DNA from: an uncultured Mycoplasmatota bacterium
GTDB taxonomy: Bacteria > Bacillota_I > Bacilli_A > RF39 > UBA660
NCBI GenBank assembly: GCA_900546245.1
Contig: URBY01000002.1
Coordinates: forward strand, 1-63,528
Length of the DNA: 63,528 bases
Direction: 5' to 3'
The position numbers were made by a program, and so were the translations under genes. Shown here piece by piece: positions 20,047-30,533 of the stretch (positions within the stretch are counted from its first letter, which is position 1; every line of letters starts with the position of its first letter). The notes under the pieces were generated by a model. That model worked only from the letters and a program-made list of their open reading frames with translations, ran no database searches and had not been told where the DNA came from.

Positions 20047-20901
20047 ATGAATGATGTTTTTAATAATGTTATGACATTTATTAATAAAAATACATATTTA
20101 TTAATAGGAATATGTGTATTTTTAATACTTGTTTTAATTGGTTATCTTATTGATAATAGCGTAAAATCAAAAAGAGTAAGAAAAGATATAAAAAATAAGG
20201 ATCAGGTTCCTGAAAATATAAAAGAAGATATAATTAAAGAGGCAAATGAAAAGAAAGAAAAAGAATTAAATGTACAAATAGAAGAACCAAAGAAAGAAGA
20301 TATAATTAACCAAAATAATCAAAATATGGAAGTTAATGAAGATGAGGCTCCACTTAATTTAGATGCATCTTTAAGTATAGATAAACCTTTAAATTTGGAA
20401 AAAGATCCTTCACTTGATGATGTTAATAGTCCACTTAATATTGATAATAATATAAATGAACCTTTAAGTTTAGATACAAATTCATTATTTGATGAAGAAA
20501 ATAAACCAAGTGTAGCATTAGGTAATGATATTTTAGAAGATAATCTATCTTTGGATAATTCTGAAAAACCTATAGTAGAGTCTTCTATTAGTTCAGATCA
20601 AGATCCAGATGCTAATATAATGTTATCTAATAGTAAAGATGGGCTATATAGTAATGATAAAACGTTATTAGAAATATTATCAGAAGTTGATAGTTCTAAA
20701 TTGAATAATAGTGTTGATAATAAAACAATATTTGATAATAAACCTAGTATTGAAATAAATACTAATGTTGAAAAAGAAAAAGTTGAAATTGAACCAAAAA
20801 ATTCCACTGACTCTAGTGATAACGAACTAGATAACATAATGAAAAAGTTATCTTCAATGAATAACTCTGATGATGAAGATAATTATACGAATATATTTTA
20901 A
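20047..20901 (+). CDS. Membrane-anchored acidic low-complexity protein with PL(N/S)(L/I)D repeats
   Basis: One N-terminal TM. The rest is D/E/N/S-rich with repeated PLNLD, PLNLE, PLNID and PLSLD. Confidence 0.45.
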   Translation: MNDVFNNVMTFINKNTYLLIGICVFLILVLIGYLIDNSVKSKRVRKDIKNKDQVPENIKEDIIKEANEKKEKELNVQIEEPKKEDIINQNNQNMEVNEDEAPLNLDASLSIDKPLNLEKDPSLDDVNSPLNIDNNINEPLSLDTNSLFDEENKPSVALGNDILEDNLSLDNSEKPIVESSISSDQDPDANIMLSNSKDGLYSNDKTLLEILSEVDSSKLNNSVDNKTIFDNKPSIEINTNVEKEKVEIEPKNSTDSSDNELDNIMKKLSSMNNSDDEDNYTNIF

Positions 20902-20988
20902 AAAGGGTAAAACCTTTTTATTTTGTACGAATGTATTTAATGTGATATAATTTTGTTGTATAGAAAAAATTATAAATTGGAGCGAATT

Positions 20989-21687
20989 ATGAAAAAAATA
21001 AAAGTATTTATGTTTCTCTTCTCAATTTTATTACTTTCTGGTTGTTCAGTAGAATATGATCTTACATTAAATGATGATTTAACTGTTAATGAAAAAGTAG
21101 TTGCAACAGAAAAAACTAAAAGAATGGAGTCATATACAAGGCAGAAGGACAAACAAGCTGTAAATTACTTGTTTGATATGTATAAAAGACCAAATGAGGA
21201 TATTTCTATAACATCAAGAGAAAATAATAGTGATACTATTGCGGTTGCTTTAACACAACATGATTCTATTGAAGATTATGCATCTAAATTTAAAAGTGAT
21301 ATCTTTGATGAAATTAAAATTACTAAAGACAATGATGTTATTACATTTAAAGCGGTTCAAAGTAATTTATTATCATCAGATGGTACATCAAACCTTTTAT
21401 ATGATGATGTTAAAGTAAATATAACTATTCCGTTTGAGGTAGTAAAAAATAATGCAGATAGTGTTAGTAAAAATACTTATACATGGAATATAAATAAATC
21501 AAGTGAATATAAAACTATTGAATTTTCTTATAAAGAAAATATAAAGAAAGATAAAATTAATGTTAGTGTAAATAATAAAGTTTATAATATAAATTATGGA
21601 GTTGTTATAGCAGTCAGTATTGTTATAATAATTGGTGCGATTGTATTATTTGTATACATAAAAAACAAGAAAAATAATGTGGTTTAG
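20989..21687 (+). CDS. Lipoprotein with C-terminal TM anchor
   Basis: Lipobox LLLSGC after a signal peptide, plus a C-terminal hydrophobic helix and basic tail. GGAG RBS before the ATG at 20989. Confidence 0.55.
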   Translation: MKKIKVFMFLFSILLLSGCSVEYDLTLNDDLTVNEKVVATEKTKRMESYTRQKDKQAVNYLFDMYKRPNEDISITSRENNSDTIAVALTQHDSIEDYASKFKSDIFDEIKITKDNDVITFKAVQSNLLSSDGTSNLLYDDVKVNITIPFEVVKNNADSVSKNTYTWNINKSSEYKTIEFSYKENIKKDKINVSVNNKVYNINYGVVIAVSIVIIIGAIVLFVYIKNKKNNVV

Positions 21688-21695
21688 GAGGATTT

Positions 21696-22517
21696 ATGAG
21701 TTTTGAGAATTTTTTGACAATATTTAAAAAGATAGTTGATATATGTTTAGTATGGATTGTATTTTACTATGTACTAAAAAATGTAAGAAAAAATGTAAAA
21801 TTTTCACTTTTGTTTAAAGGGATACTTGCAATTATAATTATTAAAATAATAAGTGATTATTTTGGTCTTACAACAATAGGATTATTGTTTGAATATGTTA
21901 TTTCATGGGGACCAATTGCAATTATAGTAATATTTCAACCTGAAATTAGAAGTGTTTTAGAGCAATTAGGTAGAACACATTTACTTGGTAGACATAAAAC
22001 ATTAACTGTTTCAGAAAGAGAAAAACTAGTTTCTGAAATAGGCTTATCCGTAGATTATTTAAGAAAAAATAGAATAGGTGCTTTAATAGTTATAGAAAGA
22101 GATACTTCGTTATCAGAATATATTGAAAGAAGCAAAAAAATATATGCGGAAATATCAAATGAATTATTAGATGCAATATTCTTCCCAGATAATCCACTTC
22201 ATGATGGTGGTGTAATAATACAAGGTGATAAAATATCTTGTGCAGGAGCAGTATTCCCAACAACAGTTGATATGAAATTTAGTAAAAGACTAGGTACTCG
22301 TCATAGAGCTGCTATAGGTATATCAGAGGAATCTGATTGTCTTGCAATAATTGTTTCTGAAGAAACAGGTAGAGTATCACTTGCTGTAGGTGGTAAATTA
22401 AATTACAACTTATCAGTAGATGAATTAAAATTAATGATTTTAGATGAATTAATGCCAAAATCTGAAACATTTGTAGTAGAAAGTGATGAGGAGGATGACA
22501 TAGATGAAATTAATTAA
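21696..22517 (+). CDS. cdaA: Diadenylate cyclase CdaA
   Basis: Three N-terminal TM segments and a DAC domain with the DGGVII and RHRAAIGISEESD motifs. Confidence 0.93.
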   Translation: MSFENFLTIFKKIVDICLVWIVFYYVLKNVRKNVKFSLLFKGILAIIIIKIISDYFGLTTIGLLFEYVISWGPIAIIVIFQPEIRSVLEQLGRTHLLGRHKTLTVSEREKLVSEIGLSVDYLRKNRIGALIVIERDTSLSEYIERSKKIYAEISNELLDAIFFPDNPLHDGGVIIQGDKISCAGAVFPTTVDMKFSKRLGTRHRAAIGISEESDCLAIIVSEETGRVSLAVGGKLNYNLSVDELKLMILDELMPKSETFVVESDEEDDIDEIN

Positions 22518-23835
22518 GAGATTTTTTAGATTTATAGATAAAAAAATAATAATTCCAATAACAAAGTTTTTTGTATCAATTGGAGAAAAATTAAAAGTAA
22601 CAGATAAGCCTTTAGAAAAGGCCTTATCTAAAAAAAGTAGTATTATAATTTTATCATTAGTGCTTGCAATTATTGTTTTCTTTATAATTGATAGAGAAAA
22701 TACAACATTACTTGAAACAAATGCAGAAGTATTATATGATATACCTCTTTCTGCAACTTATAATGATGAAGAATATGTAGTTGAAGGTCTTCCTGAAACC
22801 GTAGATATAACATTAATTGGTACAAAGGCAAATCTTTATTTAGCAAAACAACTTCCAACACAAGATGTTACTGTTGATTTGAGTGATTTAAAGCCTGGTG
22901 TTCATAAAGTAAACTTAAAATATAAACAATCAATAACCTCAGTTGAATATAAACTTGATCCATCAGTAGTAACTGTAGTTGTTAGTTCAAAAAAATCAGA
23001 AACAAGAAGTATTGAATCTGATATTGTTAATCTAAAAAAATTAGATTCTAAATTAGCAATTAATAGTACAAAATTAGATACCGATGAAGTAATAATAAAA
23101 GGAACAGAAGATAGTTTAGCAAAAGTATCAACAATTAAAGCATTAGTTAATGTAAGTAATATGGTTGATCCAAAAGCAGGAACTAACACTTTAAGAGATA
23201 TTCCATTAATTGCGTATGATGAAAATGGAGAAAAAGTAGATGTAGAAATGGTTCCATCAAAAGTAACTGCAACTATTCAAATAGAATCACCAAGTAAATC
23301 AGTGCCACTTGAAGTAGAACCAGTTGGTAATGTAATTTTTGGTAAAGCAATCAAAAATATGACTACAAATGTTCAGAAAGTAACAATTTATGGTAGTTCA
23401 AAAGTATTAGATAATACAAATAGTATTAAAGTTAAAGTAGATGTAAATAATTTAAAATCTAATAAAGACTATACTGTTACAATAAAGAAACCAACAGGTA
23501 TTAGAGAAATATCAGAAAAAGTTGTAACTGTAAAAATTGAATTAGATGATGAAGTTACAACAGAACTTTCTGGTGTAAAATTAGGCGTTGTAAACTTAGG
23601 ATCTAATTATACTGCACAGGCAACAAGTGAAAATGCGACAGAAGTAACAGTTATATTAAAAGGTGTTGAATCAATTATCAAGAATATAACAACAACTGAT
23701 GTTGAGGCATATGTTGATCTTGAAGGATTAGGTGCAGGAGATCATGAAGTAGAAATTAAAGTAAAAGGAAATGATCCAAAAGTTAATTATTCATCAAAAG
23801 TAACTAAAACAATAATAAGAATCGCTGAAAAATAG
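22504..23835 (+). CDS. cdaR: CdaA regulatory protein CdaR (YbbR-domain repeats)
   Basis: Overlaps the cdaA stop. N-terminal TM followed by repeated YbbR-like beta-rich modules. Conserved partner position. Confidence 0.85.
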   Translation: MKLIKRFFRFIDKKIIIPITKFFVSIGEKLKVTDKPLEKALSKKSSIIILSLVLAIIVFFIIDRENTTLLETNAEVLYDIPLSATYNDEEYVVEGLPETVDITLIGTKANLYLAKQLPTQDVTVDLSDLKPGVHKVNLKYKQSITSVEYKLDPSVVTVVVSSKKSETRSIESDIVNLKKLDSKLAINSTKLDTDEVIIKGTEDSLAKVSTIKALVNVSNMVDPKAGTNTLRDIPLIAYDENGEKVDVEMVPSKVTATIQIESPSKSVPLEVEPVGNVIFGKAIKNMTTNVQKVTIYGSSKVLDNTNSIKVKVDVNNLKSNKDYTVTIKKPTGIREISEKVVTVKIELDDEVTTELSGVKLGVVNLGSNYTAQATSENATEVTVILKGVESIIKNITTTDVEAYVDLEGLGAGDHEVEIKVKGNDPKVNYSSKVTKTIIRIAEK

Positions 23836-23847
23836 CGATTTTTTTCT
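23821..23847 (+). terminator. Rho-independent terminator
   Basis: ATCGCT-GAAAAAT-AGCGAT hairpin plus a T7 run, overlapping the cdaR stop. Confidence 0.7.
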
Positions 23848-23855
23848 TATATTTA

Positions 23856-23961
23856 TTGACATTATAAACAAATTTTAGTAAAATTTTAATTGGTACATTT
23901 ATAAAACCCCACATATAGATTGACTGTGGGAGGTTAATCTATGAGAGAAAGGGAAGAATTT
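23856..23961 (+). promoter_or_regulatory. rplM promoter (TTGACA-17-TAAAAT) and structured leader (possible L13 leader)
   Basis: TTGACA at 23856-23861 and TAAAAT at 23879-23884. The leader contains a CCCACA...TGTGGG hairpin. An L13 leader motif is known upstream of rplM in low-GC Gram-positives; its identity was not verified here. Confidence 0.5.
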
Positions 23962-24393
23962 ATGAAAACATTTATGGCAAAACCAGCCGAAATTAAACGT
24001 GATTGGTATGTTATTGATGCAACTGGTATCAGTTTAGGTAGAGTTGCTACAAAAGCTGCTAATGTATTACGTGGAAAACACAAAGCAATATATACACCTA
24101 ATGTTGATTGTGGAGATTATGTAATAGTAATCAATGCTGATAAGGTTAAACTTACAGGAAATAAACTTGAACAAAAAATGTATTATAATCACAGTGGATA
24201 CACTGGTGGATTAAGAGAAAGAACAGCTAAAGTAATGCTTGAACAATATCCTGAAGAAATGATGGAAAGAGCTATTAAGGGAATGCTTCCTCATAATAGA
24301 CTTGGTCGTAAAATGGGTAAAAAATTATTTGTTTATAGAGGAAACGAACATAAACATATTGCTCAACAACCAAAAGAAATGAAAGTAGACTAG
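23962..24393 (+). CDS. rplM: 50S ribosomal protein L13
   Basis: [20 protein letters not shown]... typical L13. The ATG at 23962 has an RBS. The track start at 23941 adds 7 atypical residues. Confidence 0.95.
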   Translation: MKTFMAKPAEIKRDWYVIDATGISLGRVATKAANVLRGKHKAIYTPNVDCGDYVIVINADKVKLTGNKLEQKMYYNHSGYTGGLRERTAKVMLEQYPEEMMERAIKGMLPHNRLGRKMGKKLFVYRGNEHKHIAQQPKEMKVD

Positions 24394-24404
24394 GGAGGAA
24401 AATT

Positions 24405-24821
24405 ATGGCAAATAAAATTTATTATGGTACAGGTCATCGTAAATCTTCAATAGCAAAGGTTAGAATGACTTCTGGTAAAGGAAATATCACTATTAATGGT
24501 AGAGATGTTAATGAATATTTACCATTTCCAACATTAGTTATGGATTTAAAACAACCACTTGAAGCAACTAATACATTAGATAAATTTGATATCGATGTAA
24601 CAGTTTCTGGTGGAGGATTCTCAGGACAAACAGGAGCAATCCGTTTAGGAATTACAAGAGCATTATTAGAATATGATAAAAATACAGATCCATCAAGCGA
24701 AACTTCATTTAGAAGAATATTAAAAGCTAAAGGATTTATTACAAGAGATTCAAGAATTAAAGAACGTAAGAAACCAGGTCTTAAGAAAGCACGTAAGGCA
24801 CCACAATTCAGTAAACGTTAA
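24405..24821 (+). CDS. rpsI: 30S ribosomal protein S9
   Basis: ...[19 protein letters not shown]...[12 protein letters not shown], a typical S9 C-terminus. Confidence 0.96.
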   Translation: MANKIYYGTGHRKSSIAKVRMTSGKGNITINGRDVNEYLPFPTLVMDLKQPLEATNTLDKFDIDVTVSGGGFSGQTGAIRLGITRALLEYDKNTDPSSETSFRRILKAKGFITRDSRIKERKKPGLKKARKAPQFSKR

Positions 24822-24831
24822 TATTGCAAAG

Positions 24832-24860
24832 AAAAAAGAAAGCTCATGCTTTCTTTTTTT
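24832..24860. terminator. Bidirectional terminator between rpsI and the convergent gene
   Basis: AAAAAAGAAAGC-TCAT-GCTTTCTTTTTTT. Confidence 0.7.
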
Positions 24861-25119
24861 AGTTTATTAAATTGTTTTTTGTAATATACCCAATTACAAT
24901 ACCATTAGACACAAAATATAGTTTATCATTAAAGGATAGATTGTGTGAAAATAAGAAGTTTTTACATTCATCAATAATTTTCTTTTCTTTTTTTTGTTTA
25001 GTATTTATATCACTCGCAAATTCATAGTTATTGTTTAAGAACAAATAAATATAATTACTATTTAAAATTCTAAAACCATTAAACATATTATCACCATTAA
25101 TATGCTTAACATTAATCAT
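24859..25119 (-). CDS. Hypothetical protein
   Basis: 86-aa ORF downstream of, and co-directional with, the phospholipase C-like gene. No family recognised. Confidence 0.3.
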   Translation of the reverse strand: MINVKHINGDNMFNGFRILNSNYIYLFLNNNYEFASDINTKQKKEKKIIDECKNFLFSHNLSFNDKLYFVSNGIVIGYITKNNLIN

Positions 25120-25131
25120 AAAAAATATACA

Positions 25132-26109
25132 TTAAAATTCAAAATATTTATTTTTAGCTTTATCATTACATTCTTTTCCACTTGAAAATGATAAATTTAA
25201 GAAAACTTCATCTAAAATATTTATATTTTCGTTATTAAATAAAACCATATTAACTTTATTAATCATATTTAAAGCATTATTAATGGCATCATTATATAAA
25301 TCTATAAATGATTCTGTGTGAGTTTCTTCATTATATCTTGGATGACACCACTTTTTATGATTTAAATTTAAATAATAATCATTATTATTAAGTTTATATG
25401 AATAAGATACAGGATAAAAATCTTTTATACTTCTTGGGTGTAATTTATCAAAAAGCTTATAAATAAATGCTTTTATACCAAAATGATCATATCTAAGTAG
25501 TCTATATGAATGTTTCATATTAAATAACCCTTGCTTAAAATAAAATGATAATTTATTAAATCCGTAAGTGTTACTAAATGAATAATCAATCATATTAGAT
25601 AAATCCTTTGATATTTTATTATAGTTGAAACAAAATTTTTGAATTTTAAATTTTCTTGGATTAATATTTTCATTTTTATTAATCATATATGCATCAATAT
25701 AACTTTCAATATCACTATGTTTTGAATTATATTTATATGTATCTTTTTTCTTTTTATCAAATATGCCACCTTTATATATAACATATGGATGTACCTTAGT
25801 ATCAAGGGCATAATGCATAATATATCCATATAAAAATGATATAAGTTCATCATTATTTTCTAAGTGATTATTTTTAATATATGAAACCATATTAATAAAT
25901 AAATTTTTAGTATTATGTTTATGTACATAGTTGCCTATTTTATTTACTTTCTTATGATTAAAAAGATTAGTTGAAAAAAATAAAATATCAGGTCCCTGTG
26001 CATATGTTTTTAAGTTTTCTTTATAGTTTTTAAATCTATTATGTAAATTTTCATCAAATTTATTATATACATCTATTGCAAAATAAGCATGTGTAATTGT
26101 TCCTGCCAT
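25132..26109 (-). CDS. Zinc-dependent phospholipase C family-like protein
   Basis: The N-terminus MAGTITHAYFAIDVY and His-rich motifs (HKH, MHYALD) resemble the clostridial 'zinc dependent phospholipase C family protein' group. From memory only. Confidence 0.45.
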   Translation of the reverse strand: MAGTITHAYFAIDVYNKFDENLHNRFKNYKENLKTYAQGPDILFFSTNLFNHKKVNKIGNYVHKHNTKNLFINMVSYIKNNHLENNDELISFLYGYIMHYALDTKVHPYVIYKGGIFDKKKKDTYKYNSKHSDIESYIDAYMINKNENINPRKFKIQKFCFNYNKISKDLSNMIDYSFSNTYGFNKLSFYFKQGLFNMKHSYRLLRYDHFGIKAFIYKLFDKLHPRSIKDFYPVSYSYKLNNNDYYLNLNHKKWCHPRYNEETHTESFIDLYNDAINNALNMINKVNMVLFNNENINILDEVFLNLSFSSGKECNDKAKNKYFEF

Positions 26110-26302
26110 TTAACTTCACCCTAATATGATTATAACATATTGCCTAGAAGATTAATAATTTTTTATTGTACTTATTGGTCAAAAATTAATTGTAAATATA
26201 AAGATTCTAAATAAATTATGAATTTTGTTCTCTAGATATTTAAAAATTTGTTATTTTCTGCTAAAATAGAATAAGTGATAAATAATTAAGGATGTGTTTT
26301 AG

Positions 26303-27085
26303 ATGGGAAAGATTATATCATTAGTAAATCAAAAAGGTGGCGTAGGTAAAACAACTACAAGTATAAATTTAGCTGCATCTTTAGGAATATTAGGTAAAAA
26401 GACTTTATTAGTTGATTTAGATCCACAGGGTAATACAACAACTGGTGTGGGTGTTGAAAAAGGTGGGTTAAAGATAACTCTTTATGAAGCATTAATGAAT
26501 GAAGTTGAACCTAGTAAATCTGTTAAGAAAACTAAATTTAAAAATCTAGATTTAATTCCATCTTCAATGAAACTTGCTGGTATAGAAATTGATTTTATAG
26601 ATAAGCAACACGTTGATCCTAGTTTTCAAAAGGGATCACAATTAAAAAGAGTATTATATGAAATCAGAGATAATTATGATTATATATTAATTGATTGTCC
26701 ACCATCACTTGGAATACTAACAATCAATGCTTTAACAGCATCAGATTCAGTATTAATTCCAGTGCAATGTGAGTATTTTGCACTAGAAGGAATAATGCAA
26801 CTTTTAAATACAATAACACAGGCAAGAAAAAGTCTAAATCCAAATCTTGAAATAGAAGGTGTTGTTTTAACAATGCTTGATTCAAGAACAAACTTAGGAC
26901 TTGAGGTTGTTGAAAATGTAAGAGGATTCTTTAGAGAAAGAGTTTATGACACAATAATACCAAGACTTATAAGATTAACAGAGGCACCAAGTCATGGTAA
27001 ACCAATCGCAAATTATGATCCTACAAGTAGAGGAACAGAAGCATATATAAATTTGGCAAAGGAGGTTATTGCTAGAAATGAATGA
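26303..27085 (+). CDS. parA: Chromosome partitioning ATPase ParA/Soj
   Basis: Deviant Walker A: NQKGGVGKTTT. Followed by parB. Confidence 0.93.
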   Translation: MGKIISLVNQKGGVGKTTTSINLAASLGILGKKTLLVDLDPQGNTTTGVGVEKGGLKITLYEALMNEVEPSKSVKKTKFKNLDLIPSSMKLAGIEIDFIDKQHVDPSFQKGSQLKRVLYEIRDNYDYILIDCPPSLGILTINALTASDSVLIPVQCEYFALEGIMQLLNTITQARKSLNPNLEIEGVVLTMLDSRTNLGLEVVENVRGFFRERVYDTIIPRLIRLTEAPSHGKPIANYDPTSRGTEAYINLAKEVIARNE

Positions 27086-27956
27086 TAAGAGAAAAGCCTT
27101 AGGAAGAGGTTTAGAACAATTATTTAATGATGAAGGTTTAAACTTTGATACAATAGAAAATTCAATTATAGAAGAAGCAAAAACAAATGATCAAATAGTA
27201 GAAATTAATTTAAGTGAGTTAAGAGCTAACCCATATCAACCTAGAAAAAACTTTGATGAAGAAGCATTAAATGAACTAGCATCATCAATTAAAGAACATG
27301 GTGTATTTCAACCTATTATCGTAAAAAAGAGTATAAAAGGTTATGAAATAATAGCAGGTGAAAGAAGATTTAGAGCATCTAAATTAGCTGGAATGCAAAC
27401 TATACCTGCGATAGTAAAAGATTTTTCAGATGAAGAAATGATGCAGATTGCATTACTTGAAAACTTACAAAGAGAAAATTTAACTTCAATAGAAGAAGCA
27501 AAAGCATATAAATCAATAATTGAATCTATGAATATTACTCAAGATGAACTTGCTAAAAAGGTTGGAAAAAGTAGAAGTCACATAACAAATATACTTGGTT
27601 TATTAAAACTTCCAGCTTCAGTACAAGATATGGTTTTATATAATAAATTATCAATGGGACATGCTAGAGTACTTAGTAAATTAGATGATCCAAAAATAGC
27701 AGAAGATTTAGCACAAAGAGTAATTACTGAAGACTTAAGCGTTAGAAAATTAGAAAGTATAGTATATGATAATGAAGAAAAAGAAGTAAAGACTAAAAAA
27801 AGTTCAAATAATGAATACAAATATATGGAAAATTTCTTAAAAGAAAAACTTGGAACAAATGTAAAAATAAATAATAATAAAATATCAATTAAATTTTCAA
27901 ATGTACAAGATTTAAATAGAATTTTAGAAATAATGAATATTGATATTAATGAATAA
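27078..27956 (+). CDS. parB: Chromosome partitioning protein ParB/Spo0J
   Basis: KALGRGLEQLF, GERRFRA and an HTH region. The ATG at 27078 overlaps the end of parA. Confidence 0.93.
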   Translation: MNDKRKALGRGLEQLFNDEGLNFDTIENSIIEEAKTNDQIVEINLSELRANPYQPRKNFDEEALNELASSIKEHGVFQPIIVKKSIKGYEIIAGERRFRASKLAGMQTIPAIVKDFSDEEMMQIALLENLQRENLTSIEEAKAYKSIIESMNITQDELAKKVGKSRSHITNILGLLKLPASVQDMVLYNKLSMGHARVLSKLDDPKIAEDLAQRVITEDLSVRKLESIVYDNEEKEVKTKKSSNNEYKYMENFLKEKLGTNVKINNNKISIKFSNVQDLNRILEIMNIDINE

Positions 27957-27968
27957 TAGGAGGCAAAT

Positions 27969-28775
27969 ATGACTATATTTGGAATAGAAATATCTGATAA
28001 GATATATTTACCTATTTTTATTGTATTAGGTGCTTATGTACTTGATATGATTATTAACAAAATATTAAGTTTAAGAATAGTTATTAATAAGAATTTAACT
28101 AAACATGAACAAAGAAGTAGAGAAACAGTACTTATGATGTGTAAAAACATTATTAAAGTATTAATTGCAATTGTTGCTATATTATATATACTTCAGGTAT
28201 ATGGTGTAAATACTAGTGCGTTAGTTGCAGGAGTAGGGGCATTCAGTTTAGTTATTGGTCTTGCTTTTCAAGATGTATTAAAAGACTTACTTGTAGGAGC
28301 AACTATAATACTTGAAAGTCAATTTGCAATAGGTGAAATAGTTGAAATAAATGGTTTTAAAGGTGAAGTTATATCATTAACACTTAAAACAACTAGATTA
28401 AAGTCATATAAAGGTGAAGTAAAAATAATTGCTAATAGAAATATTGGTGAAATAACTAATTATAGTTTAGATAATGTACTTGTTAGAGTAATTGCATCTG
28501 TTTCATATGAATCAGATAATAAAAAGGTAGAAAAAGTATTAAATGAATTAATAGAAAAGTTAAATACAAGCATACCTGAACTTAAAAGTAAGATAACTAT
28601 TGAAGGAATAGATTCATTATCAGATTCATCAGTAGATTATTTGCTTACAACAAAATCATCTGTTAAAAATGAATTTGTTGTAAAAAGAAAGATATTAAAA
28701 GAAATAAAAAATGCATTTGATCAAAATGGTATTGAAATACCATATCCACAATTAGAGGTACACAATGAAAAATGA
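27969..28775 (+). CDS. Mechanosensitive ion channel, MscS family
   Basis: Three TM segments plus the conserved beta-domain sequence (FAIGEIVEINGFKGEVISLTLKTTRLKS). Confidence 0.85.
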   Translation: MTIFGIEISDKIYLPIFIVLGAYVLDMIINKILSLRIVINKNLTKHEQRSRETVLMMCKNIIKVLIAIVAILYILQVYGVNTSALVAGVGAFSLVIGLAFQDVLKDLLVGATIILESQFAIGEIVEINGFKGEVISLTLKTTRLKSYKGEVKIIANRNIGEITNYSLDNVLVRVIASVSYESDNKKVEKVLNELIEKLNTSIPELKSKITIEGIDSLSDSSVDYLLTTKSSVKNEFVVKRKILKEIKNAFDQNGIEIPYPQLEVHNEK

Positions 28776-28950
28776 GTATAATGTAGGAACAAAGGTAATA
28801 ATGAAGAAGGGGCATCCATGTGGAACTAACCTTTGGGAAATTACTAGAGTTGGTGTTGATATAAAATTAAAATGTATAAATTGTGGAAGAATGATAATGA
28901 TGCCTAGATATGAATTTAATAAAAAGATAAAAAAAATAGTGGAGGATTAA
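28765..28950 (+). CDS. DUF951 family protein (YyzM-like)
   Basis: 61 aa with CG...CINCG zinc-ribbon-like motifs. Same position relative to ychF/rpsF as Bacillus yyzM. Confidence 0.7.
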   Translation: MKNEYNVGTKVIMKKGHPCGTNLWEITRVGVDIKLKCINCGRMIMMPRYEFNKKIKKIVED

Positions 28951-28951
28951 T

Positions 28952-30463
28952 ATGGATAGAGAAAAGAAAAAATTTCAAGTACATCCAGTTTGGTTTTTCT
29001 TAGTACTAATTGTTATTACAGTTGTATTAAGTGCTCTTTTGTCTTTATTTAATTTTCAAGGAACTCAAACTGATGTATCATTAGGTTCATCTTCAACATC
29101 TGTCTTAACAGTAAAGTCCTTGCTTAGTTATGAAGGCATAAAGTATATGTTTTCTGAAAGTATAAATAACTTTCTAAAATTTGTACCACTTGGTACATTA
29201 ATAGTAGGATTACTTGGTGTTGGTCTAATGATAAAGACAGGATTATTAAAATCTTTATTTAGTAAATTAAATAAGATAATACCTAGAAAAACTATGTTTT
29301 TTATATTTTCATTATTATGCATTATAATGGGTTTTAGTACAGACTTATCGTTTGTTATAATGATACCTATCGCTGCAATATTATTTACTGAATATAAAAG
29401 AAGTCAGGTAGTTGGTATGACAATGGCATTTGCAAGTGTCGCAGCAGGAGCAAATATAAATATTTTCATTACGTCAATTGATTATAGTTTAATAGAACTT
29501 GCTAAATCATCTGTTAATATGGTTGATCCAAATTATACATATGGTTATTCTGGAAATTTATTTTTTGTTGTTATATCAAGTTTATTATTAGCATTATTAA
29601 TTTCTATTATGACTGAAATAATTGCTAGAAGAAAACCTGTTAGAATTGGTTCAGAAGAAATAGAACTTAATGAAAAATTAGATAAAAGGGCATTTAAAAA
29701 GGCATTAATAGCTTTTATAATAATGTTTGTTTTACTTGTGTATGCAATCATACCTAAATTACCTTTATCAGGAGCATTACTTGATTCATCACAATCAATA
29801 TATGTAAATAAGTTATTTGGAGCAAATTCTCCATTTGTAAATGGTATTTTATATATTACATCATTAATGTTTATTATTTGTTCTATTATATATGGTACAG
29901 TAACAAAACAAATAAAAACTGGGAAAGATATAATTAAGTATTTGTCAAGTAGTTTAAATGGTCTTGGTGAAATGATTTTATTAATATTTGTATCATCACA
30001 ATTTATTTCATTATTTAAATATACTAATATAGGAAATGTAGTTACTGTAAATTTATTTAATATGGTTGCAGGAATAAAGCCTTCATTTGTAATACTTATA
30101 TTACTTTCATTTGTAGTAGTAGCAATTTCCAATATCTTTGTTCCATCACTATCAACAAAGTGGACATTATTTGTACCAAAGATGATACCACTATTTATGA
30201 AATCTAATATTACACCAGAATTTACAGGAGCAATTTTTAGATTAGCATCTTCTGTAACAAATTTAATATCACCAATATATTCATATTTTGTTATATTTTT
30301 AGGTTTTATTGGTTTATACAGTAAATCAGATTTTACAATAGGAAAATGTTACAAAATGATATTCCCATATTTTATTGCAATATTAATTTTATGGTTATTT
30401 ATTATATTTGGTTGGTATGTATTAAAGGCACCTATTGGTCCAAATGTATTTCCAACAATATAA
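28952..30463 (+). CDS. AbgT family transporter (p-aminobenzoyl-glutamate transporter-like)
   Basis: 503-aa polytopic membrane protein. The N-terminus (..VHPVWFF..) and size are consistent with AbgT. From memory only. Confidence 0.55.
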   Translation: MDREKKKFQVHPVWFFLVLIVITVVLSALLSLFNFQGTQTDVSLGSSSTSVLTVKSLLSYEGIKYMFSESINNFLKFVPLGTLIVGLLGVGLMIKTGLLKSLFSKLNKIIPRKTMFFIFSLLCIIMGFSTDLSFVIMIPIAAILFTEYKRSQVVGMTMAFASVAAGANINIFITSIDYSLIELAKSSVNMVDPNYTYGYSGNLFFVVISSLLLALLISIMTEIIARRKPVRIGSEEIELNEKLDKRAFKKALIAFIIMFVLLVYAIIPKLPLSGALLDSSQSIYVNKLFGANSPFVNGILYITSLMFIICSIIYGTVTKQIKTGKDIIKYLSSSLNGLGEMILLIFVSSQFISLFKYTNIGNVVTVNLFNMVAGIKPSFVILILLSFVVVAISNIFVPSLSTKWTLFVPKMIPLFMKSNITPEFTGAIFRLASSVTNLISPIYSYFVIFLGFIGLYSKSDFTIGKCYKMIFPYFIAILILWLFIIFGWYVLKAPIGPNVFPTI

Positions 30464-30533
30464 AATATTTAAGAATTTACTTAAATATTTTTTTTATATA
30501 TGTTATACTATTAAGGAAGAAAGAGGTAATAGT

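Noticed and set aside
21696-24393. cdaA-cdaR is not followed by glmM, the usual third gene in Bacillus. I considered this as evidence of a rearrangement or novel linkage to rplM.
   Set aside because: A strong terminator and an independent promoter and leader separate cdaR from rplM. Operon composition varies among Firmicutes, so this is not informative on its own.
26110-27956. Expected a parS site (TGTTNCACGTGAAACA) in or near parA/parB.
   Set aside because: I could not find the 16-mer or a close variant around parAB or at the few CACGTG-like sites in the window. A pattern search allowing 2 mismatches should be run before concluding absence.
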